From the NCBI GenBank assembly GCA_001724265.1, contig MEDY01000304.1:1-53586 (forward strand): a DNA stretch of 53,586 nt, written 5' to 3'. Below the pieces are notes generated by a model. That model was not told where the DNA came from. It was given only the letters and a program-made list of their open reading frames with translations, and ran no database searches. Below are positions 49,901 to 53,586 of the stretch, piece by piece. Origin of the DNA: Rhizaria sp. SCN 62-66 (lineage: Eukaryota). The number at the start of each line of letters is the position of its first letter. The first letter of the stretch is position 1. A program made the position numbers and the translations under genes.

Positions 49901-52900
49901 CTCTGAGCCCGAGTCCCCGCCGCGGCTCATGCCGCCGTCGGCGTCCCTGTTGGCGCGCGCGAAGGCGGCCTCCGCGGCGACGGCGGCCCGCACGCGCGCC
50001 TGCTCCTCCTCGCGCGCGCGGCGGGCCAGAGCCAGGTGCAGGTCCGAGTTGCGGCGCAGCAGGCGGGCCACGCGCGCCGCAACTTGATTCGGGTCCCAGT
50101 ACAGGATGCACCCGACGGGCAGCCGCGGCTCCACCAGAGACACCAGGTCGAACCACAGGTCGGAGGTGAAGGCCTCGCCGCTGCCGGGGACGCCGCACAC
50201 CACGCCGGAGCCAGAGCTAGATCCGGTCGCAGCGGCCGAGCCGCCGTCGACGCCAGCGTCTGTCTCGGCGTCAGTGTCGTCATCGTGGCTTGAGACGGAG
50301 ACGTTGTCGGCGTCATCGTCATCGTCCTCGTACATCCACACGACTTCACCGTGCTTCTGCATCAGCGCCCGCTCACGGTCGCCCTGCGCTGCGCCGTCCC
50401 GCTGCGGTTCACCGAAGCAGGGCGCCGGCGCGGGCCCAAAGCCCGCACTGGCGCTGGCGCGGCCGCGGCGGCGGAGCGCGGCGGCCCACTGCCGCGGCAG
50501 CACCGCCACAGGCACCGACCGCGCCTGCTGTTGCAAGCCCGCGGCGGCAGCGGCTGCGGCGGCAGCGGCCGTACGCGCCGCCTCAGCCTCCGCGGCGGCG
50601 ACAGCAGCAGCGGCGGCGCGCGGCCCGTCGGCCCTATTGTCGCCGTCGCTGTCGTCGCTGCCAGCATCGTCATCGTCATTGTCGTCACTGTCGCCGTAGC
50701 CATAGGCGCCGTCACTGAGCCGCGCCAGCTGCGCTGCGGCCCGCGCGGCCGCGGCCGCCGCCTCAGCGTCGCGCGCGTCTGCAAGAGCGCGCGCAGCGGC
50801 ATCCGCCTCGGCCGCCTTGTCAGCCGCCAGCGCATCATAGATGATCTGCTCGGACAGCCACGGGCACAGCGCCAGACGGCGCCGCGCGCGCGCGGCGGCT
50901 GCAACGGCTTCGGCCTGGGCAGCGCGCGCGCGGGCCGCGGCGGCGACGGCGGCGCGCGCGGCGGGCGTGGCGGCCGCCAGCGACGCCTGCACCGATGTAT
51001 CAAGATCGTGGCCGTGACCAACAATCATGAGAGTTGCTGCTGACTTTCCGGCACCAGTACTGCTTGCGCTGGAGCTGCTGCTGCAGCGAGCAGGGGTGTT
51101 CGAGTCGGCAGATGGAGACAGGGCTTGGCGAGCGCGGGCCAGTGCGAGTGCCCGGACCCGCGCCTCAGACATCGAGCCGACCGCGCCGCTGTTCCCAGAG
51201 CTACTGCTGCCGACAGTGTTGTCAGCGGGTACAAGCACTGCGGTGTTGAGCTGCAACGGGCCCTGAAAGTGGGACGGTGCCAACCATAGCGGTGCTGCGC
51301 GGCCCGGGCTCGCAGCGGCCGCAGCGATTACGGCAGCCGTGGACATGAGCGTCGACCCGACTGTCTGACCGCGCGCACCCTGATCGTGCGCACCGGGGTG
51401 ACCGTGCGCAGGCAGGGCGAAGCGGTGGCGACTAAGCCCTGTGCCGTCGGTGACAGCCGTGAGCAGCGCTGCGGCCACAATCGCCGCCAGAGAAACCGAG
51501 AGCGTCAGGACACTGGTGTGCGGCGCCACGGTGTGAGCGCCATCGATGGCCGCGTGAGGCGGCGGGGACGGCGCGAGCAGAGGCGCGATTTGCGGCACGA
51601 GCAGCACCGCGACGCTTTCGGACAGCAGCGTGCGCGACAGCGCCAGCCCCAGCTCGCGCTCGCTCTCTGCGCCAGCCGTGCTCGTGCTTGCGGGGGCATG
51701 GGCGCCGGTTGTGGCGGTCGCGAGGAGCGCGGCGGCCTCCGCGCGCGCCCAGTGCCAGGCCGCCGCGGAGGGCACGGAGGCAAGCGCGGCGGTAAGCGCG
51801 GCGCGCCGCAGCCACGCCGCCGCTGCAGCGACCGCGGCCGCGTTTTCAGGGCCAGTGTCCGCGTGAGAAGCGCCATCGGCGTCAACGGTGTCAGTGTCGT
51901 CGATATTGCAGTTGTCGCTTTTGGCAGCGGCGTCCGCATCCACATTGGTGTCGTCGGCGTGCCCCGTGTTCGCGTCGTTCCCGTCGCTGTCGTCGTCACC
52001 GCTGCCCTTGTCATGGTGACCGCGAGCCGCAGAAATAGAGCCCACCAAGAGCCCGTGCGCGGCTGCAACCGCGCGCACCGCCACTGCGGACGACGCTGGA
52101 GCCGACGCCGGCTGCGAGCCTGCGCCGGCGCCACGAGTCGCCGTAGCGTCAGCGGCGGTGGCCGTGGAGGGTGGCAGCCGGACCTGCAGCGCGGCGGCAA
52201 GGTCTTGCGCCGTGCAGAGCGCCGCAGAGTCGCCACCGACGCGCCCGACAGCGTTGGGCGCGGCCACGGCCCTCGCGCCACCACCACTGGTGACAGCGGG
52301 CGCGCGCGTGGCAGCCACCGCCCTGTTCACGCTGCTGCTCGAACGGGCGCCAACTGCAGTGACAGCAGGCGCAGTGGCCGTGGGCGCCGAGTCGCGCGCG
52401 CGCAGGCCCCGCGCGGCGCCGACACCAGTGCCCGGGTCCAGGCAGCGGGCCAGCGCGCGCTGCTGCAGCTGCCGCAGCCACATCCGCGCGCGCGCACGCG
52501 TTTGCACCGCAGCTGCGGGACTACAGGTAGTTGCGCTCGACAAGGCAGCGGTGGGCGCTGCAACCGAAGCGGCTGCGATCGAGAGCATCGAGCGCAGAAG
52601 CGGGCCCCGCAGAGACATCACAGCTGCAACAGTACCCGAGCTCGCGTCAGAGCCGGATCCGTGGGCCGCGGGCGCAGCCGCGGCAGCGAGCATTGCAGCG
52701 CGCAGCAGCAGAGGCAGCGGCAGCAGTGGAGGCGCCGGCCCGGACGCCCGCGCCCCGGGAGCGGCCACTGCAGCAACTGCGGCTGCTGCTGCCTCTGCCG
52801 CGGCGGCGGCGCCTCGGTCCGCGACCGCGGCCATGACGCTCCGCGTCGGTAGTGGCAGCCCCGCGCCCGCGACGTACGCGCGCTCCCACGCAGCAGCGCG

Positions 52901-53586
52901 CCCTAAGGGGGTACTTACATCCAGCGACGAGCTTGCGCTGCCGGCGATGTCGGTCTTGCGGCCATTGCCCGCGGAGACAGCAGGGCCGCGGCCAGCCTCA
53001 GGACCGAAACTGGCCTCAGGACCCAGGCGGGCCGCGGTGGCGACCGAGAGCGGCGCGGTGAGCGTGAGCAGCACGTCCAGCCCGTCCCGCGCCACAGAGC
53101 GCAGCGCCGCGCCGTCGCGCCCGCGTCCCGCCGCCGCAGCCACAGCGGCAATCGCGCCAGCGCCGGCGTCAGTCACCGGGTCGAGCGCAGTTGGAGAAGC
53201 ACCAGCGGTCGCGGCTGCTCCTGCGCGCGCGTGCTGCTGCTGCTGTTGTTGTTCCCAGCGGCGCCTCTCGTCTGCGATCTCAACGGCGAGCTGCACGAGC
53301 GCAGACGACAAGCCACCCGCAACGCCCCGCGCCACGAGCGCGCCTGCGCGCCGCAGCAGCCGCTCGCTCGCACCCGCAGCCTCCGCCGCGGCCGCAGCTG
53401 CCGCAGCCGCCGCGCGCCCCTGCGGCGGCCAGCTCCCCGCGCCGGCGGCGGCCACGGGCGTCGCGGTGCTGAGCGTGTGGATGAGGGCGAGTGCCTCGCG
53501 CCGCCGCTGCCGCGCCTGCCAGCCCCGCATGCGCGCCGCGCCCGCGGCGGCCTCGGCGCCTGCCAGCGCGCGCGCGAGCGCGGCCG
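46973..53586 (-). CDS. Very large Ala-rich hypothetical protein, 3' part (more than 2200 aa; the frame is open beyond the right edge)
   Basis: The ORF stays open upstream of the ATG at 53530 to the window end and ends in TAA. Short complex islands (LWFDLVSLVEPRL..ILYWDP, FVLALYNAVPALRWLYK) lie among low-complexity tracts. Confidence 0.7.
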   Translation of the reverse strand, partial: AALARALAGAEAAAGAARMRGWQARQRRREALALIHTLSTATPVAAAGAGSWPPQGRAAAAAAAAAAEAAGASERLLRRAGALVARGVAGGLSSALVQLAVEIADERRRWEQQQQQQHARAGAAATAGASPTALDPVTDAGAGAIAAVAAAAGRGRDGAALRSVARDGLDVLLTLTAPLSVATAARLGPEASFGPEAGRGPAVSAGNGRKTDIAGSASSSLDVSTPLGRAAAWERAYVAGAGLPLPTRSVMAAVADRGAAAAAEAAAAAVAAVAAPGARASGPAPPLLPLPLLLRAAMLAAAAAPAAHGSGSDASSGTVAAVMSLRGPLLRSMLSIAAASVAAPTAALSSATTCSPAAAVQTRARARMWLRQLQQRALARCLDPGTGVGAARGLRARDSAPTATAPAVTAVGARSSSSVNRAVAATRAPAVTSGGGARAVAAPNAVGRVGGDSAALCTAQDLAAALQVRLPPSTATAADATATRGAGAGSQPASAPASSAVAVRAVAAAHGLLVGSISAARGHHDKGSGDDDSDGNDANTGHADDTNVDADAAAKSDNCNIDDTDTVDADGASHADTGPENAAAVAAAAAWLRRAALTAALASVPSAAAWHWARAEAAALLATATTGAHAPASTSTAGAESERELGLALSRTLLSESVAVLLVPQIAPLLAPSPPPHAAIDGAHTVAPHTSVLTLSVSLAAIVAAALLTAVTDGTGLSRHRFALPAHGHPGAHDQGARGQTVGSTLMSTAAVIAAAAASPGRAAPLWLAPSHFQGPLQLNTAVLVPADNTVGSSSSGNSGAVGSMSEARVRALALARARQALSPSADSNTPARCSSSSSASSTGAGKSAATLMIVGHGHDLDTSVQASLAAATPAARAAVAAAARARAAQAEAVAAAARARRRLALCPWLSEQIIYDALAADKAAEADAAARALADARDAEAAAAAARAAAQLARLSDGAYGYGDSDDNDDDDAGSDDSDGDNRADGPRAAAAAVAAAEAEAARTAAAAAAAAAAGLQQQARSVPVAVLPRQWAAALRRRGRASASAGFGPAPAPCFGEPQRDGAAQGDRERALMQKHGEVVWMYEDDDDDADNVSVSSHDDDTDAETDAGVDGGSAAATGSSSGSGVVCGVPGSGEAFTSDLWFDLVSLVEPRLPVGCILYWDPNQVAARVARLLRRNSDLHLALARRAREEEQARVRAAVAAEAAFARANRDADGGMSRGGDSGSESDADADAGADGAGAGSGRRSADTAATATAAAPRPVASAAARHRGVGAGAGATDVLAASADLRRPLLTRPFGTTPRDFSPACSEAALVTAPASRAKAKPAKPKKGGRSAADDSDTDDGAESEDGEEEEEPADEEPSLDCEVRVDRRFVLALYNAVPALRWLYKTWVLGQPSSVSAAASASATNAVVAAGAASSPAASVMSLALPAAAAATAAALAACSSDRERHRLRLKLRRQRRRRRRALATARALPCPAYLSGSAAGSAAAAPATAVTAPRARVGGGGLVSVRAFFEEVIHAIANVALVFVVVEGAAVMKDSDSDSDNDASEGKSQIKSRDDDGARSSERERGHLQSDSDAGATTDAATQRDASDADAEAAAAAEADAAAKAAAKAARVAAKAAEAERRQQRRRERAAAEAKTAAAATVTATADASVCDKTALTVDVGAIDADAAPRLSLSPVSLTVTLPEPSPSTSDSGDDDDDDGNDKSLAGNDTSTGTSSRSRAKAGAAASAAGDATAGVLWDWASHADSDGALAHGDLGHSAARAEAAAAKAARAAARAARIAARAEVAAKTEAEVETSAAAVAAAEAAANATAQATVPAPELTLAVTVSDADTGPASAPALAPLRRRREAREARAEARAAAATATAAAAADDDAPDDAAVGSGAGADADASAVAVALGTGGALHNDWDTADSAASSVAAATAAAAAAAAAAAAAAAAAAAAAAEAEAEAEAEAEAEAEAETQSAAKAATEAGALARAEAEVRARAKANRARARAEAGARAEAEAQAQAEAEAQAQQAQARAQAEARAQAQAQAQAAAAAVAQQRAKARAAEAAAEAAAAAAAAARAASAKAAKSAAPIRVAPAAPAVAAFATTAAAAAVAAIAAPAPVAVSAPTALPLAATAAPVVDATAAVAAASARKNKTKSRTAAAAAAAAAAAAEAEDDDAEGAAAVAALSAFGGGGDGGFGGFGYDSYGDSQWG

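Noticed and set aside
1-53586. CRISPR arrays, tRNA/rRNA genes, telomeric repeats, selenocysteine readthrough
   Set aside because: None seen. The repeats lack spacers, and the TGA codons fall at natural C-termini.

Overview
Gene-dense, GC-rich nuclear DNA from a eukaryotic microbe (probably a protist), with about 16 protein-coding genes, short AT-richer spacers and few, short GT-AG introns. Recognisable genes: Notchless/Rsa4 (NLE1), a Nup50/Nup2-like nucleoporin, eEF1B-gamma, SNF1/AMPK-alpha, Yip1 (YIPF5-like), a giant PP2C phosphatase, ribosomal protein eL32, a Cet1-type mRNA 5'-triphosphatase and BolA. There are also several large Ala/Gln/Pro-rich hypothetical proteins. Main oddities: (1) an in-frame TAG at codon 4 of SNF1, while none of the 15 gene ends uses TAG, suggesting possible UAG reassignment or readthrough; (2) an otherwise intact eL32 missing the ~20-aa WRKPRGID segment; (3) a spliced 78-aa microprotein that is about one-third His; (4) a PP2C domain split by a ~1000-aa insertion; (5) a degenerate cyclophilin-like domain; (6) the same GTACGT donor in all nine coding introns; (7) an AT-rich island. 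All gene models were built by eye and no database searches were run.
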